A stretch of 64,000 nucleotides of DNA from Candidatus Marinacidobacterium sp. Lineage in GTDB: Bacteria; Acidobacteriota; Vicinamibacteria; Marinacidobacterales; Marinacidobacteraceae. The DNA is taken from contig OZ244852.1 in NCBI GenBank assembly GCA_965220965.1, positions 1,565,254-1,629,253 on the forward strand, read 5' to 3'. Made by a program: the position numbers and the translations under genes. Below the pieces are notes generated by a model, which saw nothing but the letters and a program-made list of their open reading frames with translations, ran no database searches and was not told the DNA's origin. This document shows positions 38,396 to 52,603 of this stretch, in pieces. Positions within the stretch are counted from its first letter, which is position 1, and every line of letters begins with the position of its first letter.

Positions 38396-39130
38396 ATGAA
38401 CCCGCCTCGCTCCGGACAAGGCCCAGCCGAAACGGGGCCTCTCCGGCCCGGAGGGTACGGCGCCAGGTTCCGCAGCTACCTCCTCCGCGGATTCCTGTTC
38501 TGGATCCCGGTGGCCGCCGTGGTGCTGGTGGCGCGCATCATCTATTCCCTGATGCGCTCCTGGTTCTTTCCTTCGCTGGGCTGGGAGCCCCGGCTCGCCG
38601 CGCTCGCCCTCGTCATCCTGGTGCTCCTCGCCACCGGGTGGGCGGTGACGCGCTTCAAGGTGGTCCAGCGGCTGGCCCGGGGGCTGGTGGAGCGTCCGCT
38701 CATGCGGGTGCCAGTGGCCCGCTGGGTCTACTCCGGCGTGCGCCAGCTTCTGGACGCGCTCTTCACCAGCGGCGACGCCTTCGGGAAGGTCGTCCTGATC
38801 CAGTACCCCCGGAAGGGGGTCTACAGCATCGCCTTCCAGATGTCCGGCAAGCTGCTCGAGGTGCGGCACCGGGTGCAGGTGGACATGGGCGACGCCGGCG
38901 CCGCCGACGACCAGCGGGAGGTCATGGCGGTCTTCGTCCCCACCACCCCGAACCCGACGTCAGGCGTCGTGGTCACCCTGCCCCGGGACGAGGCGATCGA
39001 GCTCCAGATGACCCGGCAGGAGGCGCTCCAGATGATCATCTCCCTCGGAGTCGTCGTCCCGCCTTGGACTCCGCCGGACGCGGGAGCGATCTCCGAGCGC
39101 GCGCCCGACGCCGGATCCGCCTCCCGGTAA
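38396..39130 (+). CDS. DUF502 family membrane protein
   Basis: Two TM helices (FLFWIPVAAVVLVARIIY, LAALALVILVLLATGW), then VVLIQYPRKGVYSIAF, FVPTTPNPTSGVVV, MTRQEALQMIISLGV. Confidence 0.85.
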   Translation: MNPPRSGQGPAETGPLRPGGYGARFRSYLLRGFLFWIPVAAVVLVARIIYSLMRSWFFPSLGWEPRLAALALVILVLLATGWAVTRFKVVQRLARGLVERPLMRVPVARWVYSGVRQLLDALFTSGDAFGKVVLIQYPRKGVYSIAFQMSGKLLEVRHRVQVDMGDAGAADDQREVMAVFVPTTPNPTSGVVVTLPRDEAIELQMTRQEALQMIISLGVVVPPWTPPDAGAISERAPDAGSASR

Positions 39131-39171
39131 CCCGATCCGGCCCGGAGGCCGGACGCCGTCTCGCTTCCTCG

Positions 39172-43576
<4,405 letters not shown>

Positions 43577-43583
43577 CGAACCG

Positions 43584-45191
43584 TCAGGGAAACACGAAGT
43601 AGATCGAGGCGATGGCGGCGAGGGCCAGGGCGCCCTTCCATCCCACTCCCGGCAGCGGCGTCAGGTCCACCCCCTCGGGCGGGCTCGGCGGGGGCGGGAG
43701 TTCGCGGCGCGGCTTCCAGCGCGCCGCCGCGACGAGGCCCGCCACCAGCAGCAGGAAGCTGATGCCCATGTGGTGCAGGAAAGCGGTCTCGGGCCAGCCG
43801 AGGCGCAGCGCGGCGTAGATCGGGATCCCCGCCACCAGTCCCCAGCGCGCCGCGAAGGCGGGGATCCGGGAGGAGATGACCCCGGCGAAGAACACCGCGC
43901 AGATCCCCGGGGTCACGAACCCCCAGACCGTCTGGATGTACTGGAACACCCCCGGAAATCCCCCGATGAGGGGCGCCCAGAGGCAGGCGGCGATCACGAA
44001 GATCGTGGAGGCCACCTTCGCCACCCGGACCTGTGCGCCGGCCGGGCGCGACCCCCGGAAAAGGCGCGGATGGACATCCAGCGCGTACATCGTGGAGGCG
44101 GAGTTGAGCATCGAATTGAACGAGCTCATGACGGCGCCCGCCAGCGCGGCGAGCAGCACCCCCCGGAGCGCGGGAGGCAGGAGTTCGCGGAGGAGGACCG
44201 GATACGCCTGGTCGGGGTGGGTGATCTGGGGCCCGTAGAGCTGGACCGCGAGGATCCCGGGGAAACAGATCAGGAAGGGGACGAGGATCTTCAGCCAGGC
44301 GGCGAAGAGGATCCCGCGCTGGCCTTCGGCGAGGCTCCTGGCCGCCAGCGTGCGCTGGGTGATGAACTGGTTGACGCCCCAGTAGAAGAACTGGGCGATC
44401 CAGAGCCCGCCAATGAACACCGCGGTCCAGGGAACCTCCGGGTGGTCCGCCGGGAGGACGGTGTGCAGACGGTCCCGGTTTTCCTCGAGAAAGCGCGCGG
44501 CCCCCGCCAGCACTCCCGCCTCGCCCCCGAGGGCGTCGAACCCGATCCAGAGCACGATCGCGCCCCCGAGCAGGATGACGATCCCCTGGATCATGTCGGA
44601 CCAGACCACCGCCCGGAGCCCGCCGTAGATCGTGTAGACGCTGGAGAGGAGGCCGATCCCCCAGACTCCGACGAGGGTCGCGGCGAGTTCGGCGGCGTCC
44701 GGGCCGAGGCCGAAGGCGGCGGCGAAGGCTTCCGGCAGCGAGAAGATGGCGTTCAGCGCCACCGCGCCGGCGTAGAGCACGGTGGCCATCGCCACGAACA
44801 CGGTGGCGGCGGTCAGGAGCCCGGCGAGGATCGTGCGCGCCCCCCGGTCGTAGCGCCGCTCGAGGAACTCCGGCATCGTGAAGACGCCGCTCTTCAGGTA
44901 GCGGGGCAGCAGGAACCAGCCGATCACGATGAGCGCCGCCGCCGCGGTCCACTCGTAGCTGGCGATCGCCAGCCCGACGCCGGTCGCGGCCGAGCCCGAC
45001 ATGCCCACGAAGTGCTCGGTGGAGACGTTCGTCGCCACCAGCGACATCCCGATGGCCCAGCCCCCGAGATTGCGGCCCGCGAGGAAGTACCCCTCCGCCG
45101 TACCCCGCCCGCGCGAGGCCCGCAGCGACACGAAGATGACCGCCCCCAGGAAGAGGGCGAACGTCAGCAGGTCGGTGAGGGAGAGGGTCAT
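43584..45191 (-). CDS. sodium:solute symporter (SSF/SGLT family)
   Basis: YFLAGRNLGGWAIGMSLVATNVSTEHFVGMSG, with ~13 hydrophobic segments. Confidence 0.9.
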   Translation of the reverse strand: MTLSLTDLLTFALFLGAVIFVSLRASRGRGTAEGYFLAGRNLGGWAIGMSLVATNVSTEHFVGMSGSAATGVGLAIASYEWTAAAALIVIGWFLLPRYLKSGVFTMPEFLERRYDRGARTILAGLLTAATVFVAMATVLYAGAVALNAIFSLPEAFAAAFGLGPDAAELAATLVGVWGIGLLSSVYTIYGGLRAVVWSDMIQGIVILLGGAIVLWIGFDALGGEAGVLAGAARFLEENRDRLHTVLPADHPEVPWTAVFIGGLWIAQFFYWGVNQFITQRTLAARSLAEGQRGILFAAWLKILVPFLICFPGILAVQLYGPQITHPDQAYPVLLRELLPPALRGVLLAALAGAVMSSFNSMLNSASTMYALDVHPRLFRGSRPAGAQVRVAKVASTIFVIAACLWAPLIGGFPGVFQYIQTVWGFVTPGICAVFFAGVISSRIPAFAARWGLVAGIPIYAALRLGWPETAFLHHMGISFLLLVAGLVAAARWKPRRELPPPPSPPEGVDLTPLPGVGWKGALALAAIASIYFVFP

Positions 45192-45249
45192 CGCGAGGGC
45201 GGATTGTGCCGGAACGCCGGATCGGCGCCCGTCGAGCCCGGCGCCTGGC

Positions 45250-46479
45250 TCAGCCGAAGGCGCCGGAGAGGAGCCGGCTACCCCCGACGAAGGTCCCGAT
45301 GGCGCTGCCGATCGTGGGGAAGAGGAGGGCGAGCGCGATGCGCAGCGCGCGGTTTCTGAACCAGCGCCGGGGCCGGAGCGCGTCCTGCTTCAGCGCGGTG
45401 AGCTCGAAGACCCGCGGCGGACGAATCCACGCCTGGACGAACGCCGTCACGTAGCCCACGCCCATGACCGGCGTCAGGCTGGTGAACGGCGCGGTCAGCA
45501 GCGCCGCCAGGACGGTCACCGGGTGCGCGAGCGCCGCGACCGCCCCGACCGCCGCCGGGATCGAGTTCACGAGGACCCAGAACACCGCGCCCTCGGAGGC
45601 CGCCTCCGGGCCCCGGACCGCCCAGGTCCACGCCAGCGCGCCGAGGATCACCACCGGAATCGCGATGCCGACCGCTCTTCCGACCCGCCCGGGCGGCGGG
45701 ACCTGCGCGAGCGGCGCGAGATCGGTGGGCCCCTCGCCGAGCAGCCGCCGCTCCACGCCGTCGAGGTGGCCGGCCCCGATCACCACGACGAGCCGGTTCC
45801 CCGGGACGGCCCGCACCTTCTCGCCGATCCAGGCGTCCCGCTCGTCGATCAGCACATGCTTGAGCGTCGGGAACTCCTGCCCCAGCTCGGCGACCAGGCG
45901 GGAGACCACATCCCCGGCGAGCAACTCGCGAAGGTCCTCCTCGGTGGGCTCGGCGCCGCTCCCTCCCTCGAGGCCGCCGGCGAGCAGCTTGATCCGCGAC
46001 CAGAACCCGGTTCGCCGCCACACCCGCAGCAGCGTGGTCCGCACCGGGCGGTCGACGAGCTGGACCTCGGCGCCGCACTCCTTCGCGGCGCGCGCCGCCT
46101 CCCGCATCTCGGCGCCCGGCTCGACCCCGAGCCGCAGGCCCATCCGGGTCTGCCAGGCGGCGAGCGCGAGGCTGGCGAGCAGCGGGAGGAGCTTCCGCTC
46201 GCGGACCACCTGGCGCAGATCCAGCCGGGCGATCGCCTCCGGATCCATGAGCGCCTCGAACCGGCCGTCGTCGAGTTCGAGGCAGACCGCGTCGGGCCGC
46301 TCGGCGGCGATCGTCTCCCGGACGAGGCGCAGCGAGTCGGGAGAGATGTGGGCCGTCCCCACCAGGACGACCTCGCGCTCGTCGGGCCAGTCGGGCCGGG
46401 TCAGGCGCCGGACCAGCCGGGCGGTGTCCGCGGGAGGCGCCGCGTCTCCCGGGCCGCCCCCCTCCGCCTCAGCGATCAC
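45250..46479 (-). CDS. TraB/GumN family protein
   Basis: VVLVGTAHISPDSLRLVRETIAAERPDAVCLELD, VVVIGAGHLDGV, and C-terminal TM helices. Confidence 0.85.
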   Translation of the reverse strand: MIAEAEGGGPGDAAPPADTARLVRRLTRPDWPDEREVVLVGTAHISPDSLRLVRETIAAERPDAVCLELDDGRFEALMDPEAIARLDLRQVVRERKLLPLLASLALAAWQTRMGLRLGVEPGAEMREAARAAKECGAEVQLVDRPVRTTLLRVWRRTGFWSRIKLLAGGLEGGSGAEPTEEDLRELLAGDVVSRLVAELGQEFPTLKHVLIDERDAWIGEKVRAVPGNRLVVVIGAGHLDGVERRLLGEGPTDLAPLAQVPPPGRVGRAVGIAIPVVILGALAWTWAVRGPEAASEGAVFWVLVNSIPAAVGAVAALAHPVTVLAALLTAPFTSLTPVMGVGYVTAFVQAWIRPPRVFELTALKQDALRPRRWFRNRALRIALALLFPTIGSAIGTFVGGSRLLSGAFG

Positions 46480-49096
46480 CGGGCGCCCGCCGGGCGGAGA
46501 TCAGATTGCCCAGCAGCCGGAAGGCTCCAGGGACGGCTTCCGGCGCCTGCCGGTGAAGCGCGAAGGCGAAATAGGTGTACCGCCCGTCGCCGACCTCGGC
46601 GGTGAGGACCGCTCCGCGCTGGGGGGCCTGCCCCTGATCCGCGGTCTCGAAGAGCGCGGTGTAGGCCGGGTCCCAGTCGGTCCAGAACTTGGATCCCCGC
46701 TGCTCCACCCAGCCCTCGAAATCCGCGGCCCCGATGCGGTGGGGCCAGGCGAGGAGCGGGTGGTCGGGGGCGAGGAACCGGACAGGAGCGTCCTCTTCCG
46801 AGACCTCCTCGGCGCTTTGCGGGAGCGTCCCCGGATACGGGGCGTGCTCGTCGGGGATCAGCTCGCTCGTGTTGTAGAGCGCGACGAGGTGGCCACCGCT
46901 CTCGGCGTATTCGAGAAGACGGCGGCTGGCCCGCGCCAGGTCCGGCCGGACGGCGTAGGCGCGGGTTCCGGTCACGATCGCATCGAAGCCGGCGAGGTCG
47001 CCGCCGGTGAGGGCCGCCTGGTCGAGGAGCGTGACCTCGGCGCCGAGCGCCCGGATCGCGGCCGGGACCTCGTCCCCGGCGCCGACGACATAGCCGACGC
47101 GGAGCCCCGGAGGGACCGCCAGCTCGACGGCGGCGGCCTTCAGCTCCGCCGGCCGCACGAGGTAGCGGAGCGGCAGGTCCCGATGCGCGATTCGGCGATA
47201 CCCGCTGGCCGGCGCGGCCTCCCCTTCCCCTTCCGCCACGGTGGCGGCGAGGCGGAACCCTCCCGCCGGGATGGCTCCGGGGCGGACGGTGAACCGCACG
47301 GTCGTCTGCTCTCCGGGGCGTTCGAACCGGATCCGGGCCTCCGGCGGCGCCACCACGGCGCCCGGGGGAGATTCGAGCGCCACCCGGAACTCGCCCTCCC
47401 GATGTCCCACCGCCCGGAGCGAGACCGCGAAGGACGCGTCCGCCGCGTCCGCCGGGAACACCGCGAAACCCGGCTCGAAGGCGAGCGAGACCGGCGGAAG
47501 GATCTCCAGTTCCCGCCGCTCGTAGCCGTAGGGCAGGCTGGACTCGAACCGGGTCACCGGTTCGGTGTGGGAGAGCTCGATCCAGGTTCCGGAGTCCCCG
47601 ACCGGGACTTCGAGGATCGCGGTCGCGGTCGCCGCCGGGGGCGGCGCGGCGAGCGTCCAGTCCCCGTCGAACCGGTAGCGGCTGACGCCGAGCCCGGCGC
47701 GGGTTCCATGCGGCGCCAGCGCCTGGGCGTCGGCGGCGAGCCGGACCGCGAAGCGCCGACCCGCCTCGTCCCCCGGAACCTGCGGAAGCGCCTCGACCTC
47801 GCCCGGAACCTCGAGAACGACATCCCGCACCCGGACCACCGGAAGCGCCGAAGCCCGCGCCCGGACCTCGAAGGCGGCGCCCGGAACGGCCGGACCGAAG
47901 GACGGAGGCGGAGCGAAGGGAGACGCCGGAGAGCCGTCGCCCGGCGCCTGCGCCACCGCCTCCAGCCGAACGCCGGCGGCGGCCCGGATCGCCGCCGCGA
48001 GCTGCTCCTGCTTGCGCTCCACCTCGTGGCGGACATCGAAGAACCCCGAGGGCGAGCGCTGGTCGAGAAGCGCGCGGACCTCGGCGAGCGCCTCTCCCAG
48101 GCGGGGAACGACGGCCTCCGGCGCCATCCAGTCGAACTCCTCGCGGGCGACGGCGAAGCGGCGGTCGAGGCGCTCGAGGACCTCGACCAGCCGGGCGGGC
48201 GCGACCGGGCCGAAGCGGTTTCCGAGCGACGCGCGTTCGGGCGAGAGGAGAGCGAGAAGGTCGGAGTCTTCCCCGCCATCGGCCCGGACGAGACGCGCCG
48301 GACCGCGGCCCGCGGAGGCCCGCAGGACTCCCCGCGTCTGGGAGCGCTGGAAGGAGAGGCCGATGGCCCCCAGCTCGGCGAACGTGGCGGACATCCAGGG
48401 GCGGGAGCCCTGGACGTCGATCGCGATCGCGCCCGCCTCATCGCGGGCCCGGTGGAAGAACGCCGCCGGCAGGTATCCCCGGCGGCCCTCGCGCGGCGGG
48501 AACCCGGCGAGATCGGGCGTCGCCTCGAAGGCCCGGCGGGTGAGCCGCCCGGCGAACTGGTGCTGGCCGTGGCCGTCCCTCGGGTCGCCCGAGAAGCGGC
48601 CCAGGATGACCATCGGCCGCTCCCGGCGCACGACCTCGACGAGGTCGGCGAGCGCCTCCTCCTCGTCCCACGCCCGGAGCGCCTCCTCGAGGTTCTTCGA
48701 GTACCCGTAGTCGACGAGGGGCGCGAAGTAGACCCGGTCGAGTCCGTACCAGCCGGCGGCCGCCTCGAGCTCCGCGGCCCGGATCATCCCGAGGGCGTCG
48801 AACAGCTCCGGCCCGATCGCGTTCGCGCCCGCCTCGCCGCGCGTCAGCGTCACGAGCGTCGTCCGCACGCCGTATCCGCGGCTCAGGAGCGCCAGCAGCG
48901 CCCCGTTCTCGTCGTCCGGGTGGGCCACGACCTCGAGCACCGACCCGGTGGTCTGGAGCTTCTGGATCCAGTGCCAGGTCTCCGCCGCTCTGCCGGGCCG
49001 GGGCGAGGAGAGCTGCGCCATCACCTGCGCCGGCGCGAGAGCGACCGCAGCCAGGGCGACGACAGCCGCCCGGCGCCGGACCGCGCGCAACCGCAT
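46469..49096 (-). CDS. secreted PIG-L/LmbE-family deacetylase fused to a large C-terminal region ending in a class-I-glutamine-amidotransferase-like (ThuA-like) domain
   Basis: Signal peptide. VVAHPDDENGALL, TRGEAG, DGHGQHQ (PIG-L motifs). C-terminal GYVVGAGDEVPAAIRALGAEVTLLDQ...FDAIVTGTRAY...GGHLVALYN. Confidence 0.8.
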   Translation of the reverse strand: MRLRAVRRRAAVVALAAVALAPAQVMAQLSSPRPGRAAETWHWIQKLQTTGSVLEVVAHPDDENGALLALLSRGYGVRTTLVTLTRGEAGANAIGPELFDALGMIRAAELEAAAGWYGLDRVYFAPLVDYGYSKNLEEALRAWDEEEALADLVEVVRRERPMVILGRFSGDPRDGHGQHQFAGRLTRRAFEATPDLAGFPPREGRRGYLPAAFFHRARDEAGAIAIDVQGSRPWMSATFAELGAIGLSFQRSQTRGVLRASAGRGPARLVRADGGEDSDLLALLSPERASLGNRFGPVAPARLVEVLERLDRRFAVAREEFDWMAPEAVVPRLGEALAEVRALLDQRSPSGFFDVRHEVERKQEQLAAAIRAAAGVRLEAVAQAPGDGSPASPFAPPPSFGPAVPGAAFEVRARASALPVVRVRDVVLEVPGEVEALPQVPGDEAGRRFAVRLAADAQALAPHGTRAGLGVSRYRFDGDWTLAAPPPAATATAILEVPVGDSGTWIELSHTEPVTRFESSLPYGYERRELEILPPVSLAFEPGFAVFPADAADASFAVSLRAVGHREGEFRVALESPPGAVVAPPEARIRFERPGEQTTVRFTVRPGAIPAGGFRLAATVAEGEGEAAPASGYRRIAHRDLPLRYLVRPAELKAAAVELAVPPGLRVGYVVGAGDEVPAAIRALGAEVTLLDQAALTGGDLAGFDAIVTGTRAYAVRPDLARASRRLLEYAESGGHLVALYNTSELIPDEHAPYPGTLPQSAEEVSEEDAPVRFLAPDHPLLAWPHRIGAADFEGWVEQRGSKFWTDWDPAYTALFETADQGQAPQRGAVLTAEVGDGRYTYFAFALHRQAPEAVPGAFRLLGNLISARRAPGDR

Positions 49097-49120
49097 GGCG
49101 GGAAAGTGTAGAGACCCCCG

Positions 49121-50191
49121 TCAGCGGGCGTCGCGGGAACGCTCCCACGCCCGGACGCGGGAACGGGCGGCGTCGAACAGCCGCTCGTAGTTCTCCGTCC
49201 GGACCCGGCGGCTGGTTTCCGCACCGAGACGGTCGAGGAGGGGCGCCCAGACCTCGAAGGCCGCCAGATAGTCCGCCTGCTCGGCGGGGATGACGGCGTC
49301 CGAACCCAGCAGGAACCGCTCCGGCCACCGGTCCACCAGCGCCGCCCACTGCGCGAGCCGCTCCGGCGGCGCAACCACGTGCTCCGCCACCACGTCCCAC
49401 GACAGCTCGAGGTGGACGTGCGAGAGCGAAGGATCCCGGAGCAGTCCCTCGAGGAGCCTCGGGTGGTCCGACACCGGCTCGACGAACCGCCCGATGCCGG
49501 CGTGCGCCCACAGCACCGTCGCCCCCGGATGGCGACGCAGGAGATCGGCGAGCGGGTCCAGGTGGACGGGGGGTTCGCCCGGCCGCGGGAGCATGACGTC
49601 CGCGTCGCAGTGGATCATCACGATCATCCCGGTCTCGGCCGCGAAGTCGAGGATCCGTCCGAGGGCCGGGTTCCTGAGGCTGGCGGTGTGGCCCAGAGTC
49701 TTGGGCGACACGACTTCCTTGTGGACCGAGAACTCGCCGATCCCGGTGAAGACTCCCGGGAAGAGGCGCAGGACGCGGCGGATGTGGTCCACCGCATACA
49801 TGTCGGTCGGATTGAATCCGGTGATCATCGGATCCAGCCGGTCCCGGACCTCCGCCGGCAGCGCGGTGACCGCCATCGCCACCGCGGCGTCCACGAAGGA
49901 GTAGTAGTAGAGGGCGGCGTCGGAGCGGAGGTAATAGTCGGGCGCCCGGTCTCCCGACTCGGCGTAGTCCCACTTCTGCTGGAGCGGGATTCCCATGAGC
50001 GCGGCGCGGCCCACGGTGTCCCCGAGCAACTCGGCCAGGAGGGCTCCGGGGGTTTCCCGCTGGATGTAGTCGGTGAAGTGGAAGTGGGTGTCATGGAACC
50101 GCGGGGCGGGCTGGCCTTTCGCGGCCGCCGGCAGCGCGACCAGGAGGACGGCGGCGACGCCCGTTCGACGGAGGGAGGGGAAGTGGAACAT
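49121..50191 (-). CDS. secreted metal-dependent amidohydrolase (TIM-barrel, Amidohydro_2-like)
   Basis: ATG 50191. Signal peptide MFHFPSLRRTGVAAVLLVALPAAAKG. HDTHFHF (HxH metal site), MIHCD, WAHAG, GSDAV. Confidence 0.8.
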   Translation of the reverse strand: MFHFPSLRRTGVAAVLLVALPAAAKGQPAPRFHDTHFHFTDYIQRETPGALLAELLGDTVGRAALMGIPLQQKWDYAESGDRAPDYYLRSDAALYYYSFVDAAVAMAVTALPAEVRDRLDPMITGFNPTDMYAVDHIRRVLRLFPGVFTGIGEFSVHKEVVSPKTLGHTASLRNPALGRILDFAAETGMIVMIHCDADVMLPRPGEPPVHLDPLADLLRRHPGATVLWAHAGIGRFVEPVSDHPRLLEGLLRDPSLSHVHLELSWDVVAEHVVAPPERLAQWAALVDRWPERFLLGSDAVIPAEQADYLAAFEVWAPLLDRLGAETSRRVRTENYERLFDAARSRVRAWERSRDAR

Positions 50192-50287
50192 GGAACCGGG
50201 GACAGTACGCCCCCCGCGCGCACTCGCCGTCTCCCGTTCCGGAGCTTCGCCGGGCCCCTGAGCCGCGTTCCGGTAGCCTCCGGCGTC

Positions 50288-51223
50288 ATGGAGGGCCCCG
50301 ACCGCGCCGCCGGGCCCCGCCTGCTGATCGCGGGGGAGTCCTTCGAGGACCTGGTGTTCGGGGGCCTTCCGCGGCTGCCGGCGCCGGGGGAGGAGGTCCG
50401 GACCGACGCCTTCCGGCGGACGTTCGGCGGCGGCGCGCTCATCACCGCGGCCTGGGCGCGTCACGAAGGCGCGCAGGTGGAGATGTGGTCGGCGATGCCG
50501 CCCCGCGTTCCCCGAACGCTCGACGCCGAAGGGATCGACTGGGTCGACCTCCGCCGACCCCGCGAGCCGCACGCCGTCACCGCCTGCCTTTCCTTCGGGG
50601 CGGACCGGAGCTTCGCCACCTTCAACGGCCCGCACGAAGAACTCGAAGAGCGGATCTTCCACCGCGCGGTGCGGGGACACGGACTCGACGCCGCAGCGGT
50701 GCTGTTCGCCTTCCGCCCGCAGGTCTGCTCCGCGTGGACGCCGTGGCCCTTCCTCAGGCCGGAGGACGAGCCGGATCGGCTCCCCGAAGTGTTCTGGGAT
50801 TTCGGATACGACGAGGGCCTCGCCGAGCGGCGGGGCTTCGATGTCCTGCTGGGGCGCGCCACCGGCGTGTTCGTGAACGCGGCGGAGGCCGAGCTCTACA
50901 ACGGGCGGCGCCGTCTGCTGGACCGCGCGGCGGAGGCGGGAACGCTCGTCATCACGAAGCTGGGCCCGGACGGGGCGATGATCCGCGGCCGGCCGGAGAC
51001 CCTGGTGGCGGCGCCGATCCCGCTTGTCGGCGTCCGGGACACGACCGGCGCGGGCGACGCCTTCGCCGCCGGATTCCTCGCCTGCAGGCTCCGCGGAGGC
51101 GCGCTCGAGGAACAACTGGCCGCCGGAAACGCCTGCGGCGCGGAATCGGTCCAGCGGCTCGGCGGGTTGCCGGAGCGGCCCTGGAGGCCTCCCGGAACCC
51201 GATCGCGAAAGCGGGCCCGATGA
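50288..51223 (+). CDS. PfkB-family carbohydrate kinase
   Basis: ATG 50288. GGGALITA, and the PfkB signature-2 VRDTTGAGDAFAAGFL. Its stop overlaps the next gene's ATG (ATGA). Confidence 0.85.
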   Translation: MEGPDRAAGPRLLIAGESFEDLVFGGLPRLPAPGEEVRTDAFRRTFGGGALITAAWARHEGAQVEMWSAMPPRVPRTLDAEGIDWVDLRRPREPHAVTACLSFGADRSFATFNGPHEELEERIFHRAVRGHGLDAAAVLFAFRPQVCSAWTPWPFLRPEDEPDRLPEVFWDFGYDEGLAERRGFDVLLGRATGVFVNAAEAELYNGRRRLLDRAAEAGTLVITKLGPDGAMIRGRPETLVAAPIPLVGVRDTTGAGDAFAAGFLACRLRGGALEEQLAAGNACGAESVQRLGGLPERPWRPPGTRSRKRAR

Positions 51224-52548
51224 GGGTCGCCGTTCTCGGCGGGGGCGGACTCCGCACCCCCCTGCTCGCCGCCGCGTTCGATGGATGGACCGACGTCGAG
51301 GAGCTCGCGCTGTTCGACCCGGACCGGGAGCGGCTCTCGCGGATCGCCGGGCTCGCGCGCGCCGCGGCGCCCCGGCTCGTCGTGACCGAAACGGACGCTC
51401 CCGCGGAGGCGGTCGCCGGATGCCGGTTCGTGGTCGCCGCGATCCGCGCCGGCGGGCAGGAAGCCCGCGCGCACGACGAACGCGCGTGCCTCGAGGCCGG
51501 GGTGCTGGGCCAGGAAACGGTGGGGGCGGCGGGGGCGGCTCTCGCGTTCCGGAACATCCCGGCCATGGTTGAGCTGGCCCGCATCGTCGAACGGAGAGCG
51601 CCCGGGGCGACGCTCGTGAACTACACGAACCCGGTCGGGATGGTCACCGACGCGCTCGCCCGGGAGACCGGCGCGGATGTCATCGGCATCTGCGACACGC
51701 CGTCGGAGCTCACCGGGCGGGCCGCCTCGCTTCTCTATCTGGACCCGGAGAACGTGGCGCCCGCCTGGTCCGGCGTCAACCACTGCGGCTGGCTCACCGG
51801 GCTCTACGACCGGGATGCGGACCCCTCGGATCCGTTCCCGCCGGTGGATCACCTGCCGGACCTGTTCCGGGACCCCGAGCGGCTCGGGCGGGCGCACCGG
51901 CCCGGGCTCTTCCCGGTGGAGGACCTGCTTCCGGCCACGCCTTCGGAGTACGTGTCCTTCCACCGCTACCCGGAAAGGGCGGTGGAGCGGCTGCGAGCCG
52001 CGGGCCGCACCCGGGGAGAGCAGATCGTGGCGCTCGAGGCCGGGCTCTTCCGCCGTCTGGACCCGGCCGGCGCGCGACCGGATTCCGCGCTGGCGGCCTA
52101 CCGGGAGGCGCTCGGGGAGCGCGAGGCGACCTACATGCAGGTCGAAGGCGGCGGCGAGCCCGATGATCGGAAGCGCTCCGGCCCCTCGGGGTACGACCGG
52201 ATCGGGCTCCGCGTGATGCGCGCCCGGCTCGGCGCGGCGCCGGGGACCATCGTCGTCAACACCGCGAACCGCACCCCCCTCGGGGGTCCGGCGATCCCGG
52301 AACTCGCGACCGATGACATCGTCGAAGTCCCGGCGCGGGTCGCTCCGGAAGGCGTCGCGCCGGTTCCCCAGCCGCCGCTTCCGGCGGCCGATGCGGCCCT
52401 CCTGAGAAGGGTGCGGGCGGCGGAACGCGAGATCGTCTCGGCGGCGCTGGACGGCGATCCGGCCGCCGCCGCCGAGGCCCTTCGGGAGCACCCCGCCGGG
52501 GGTCCGGAAGCCGCCGGGATCTTTCCGAGCCTGCGGCTGACGGCATAG
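51220..52548 (+). CDS. glycoside hydrolase family 4 (6-phospho-glycosidase-like, NAD/Mn dependent)
   Basis: [14 protein letters not shown] Rossmann start, LVNYTNPVGMVT, VIGICDTP (Cys ligand), GVNHCGW (His ligand). Confidence 0.85.
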   Translation: MRVAVLGGGGLRTPLLAAAFDGWTDVEELALFDPDRERLSRIAGLARAAAPRLVVTETDAPAEAVAGCRFVVAAIRAGGQEARAHDERACLEAGVLGQETVGAAGAALAFRNIPAMVELARIVERRAPGATLVNYTNPVGMVTDALARETGADVIGICDTPSELTGRAASLLYLDPENVAPAWSGVNHCGWLTGLYDRDADPSDPFPPVDHLPDLFRDPERLGRAHRPGLFPVEDLLPATPSEYVSFHRYPERAVERLRAAGRTRGEQIVALEAGLFRRLDPAGARPDSALAAYREALGEREATYMQVEGGGEPDDRKRSGPSGYDRIGLRVMRARLGAAPGTIVVNTANRTPLGGPAIPELATDDIVEVPARVAPEGVAPVPQPPLPAADAALLRRVRAAEREIVSAALDGDPAAAAEALREHPAGGPEAAGIFPSLRLTA

Positions 52549-52603
52549 GGCCTCAGCGATTTCCTCCCCGGGTCGCTACGATCCGGTTCGGAGTCATGAG
52601 CCG

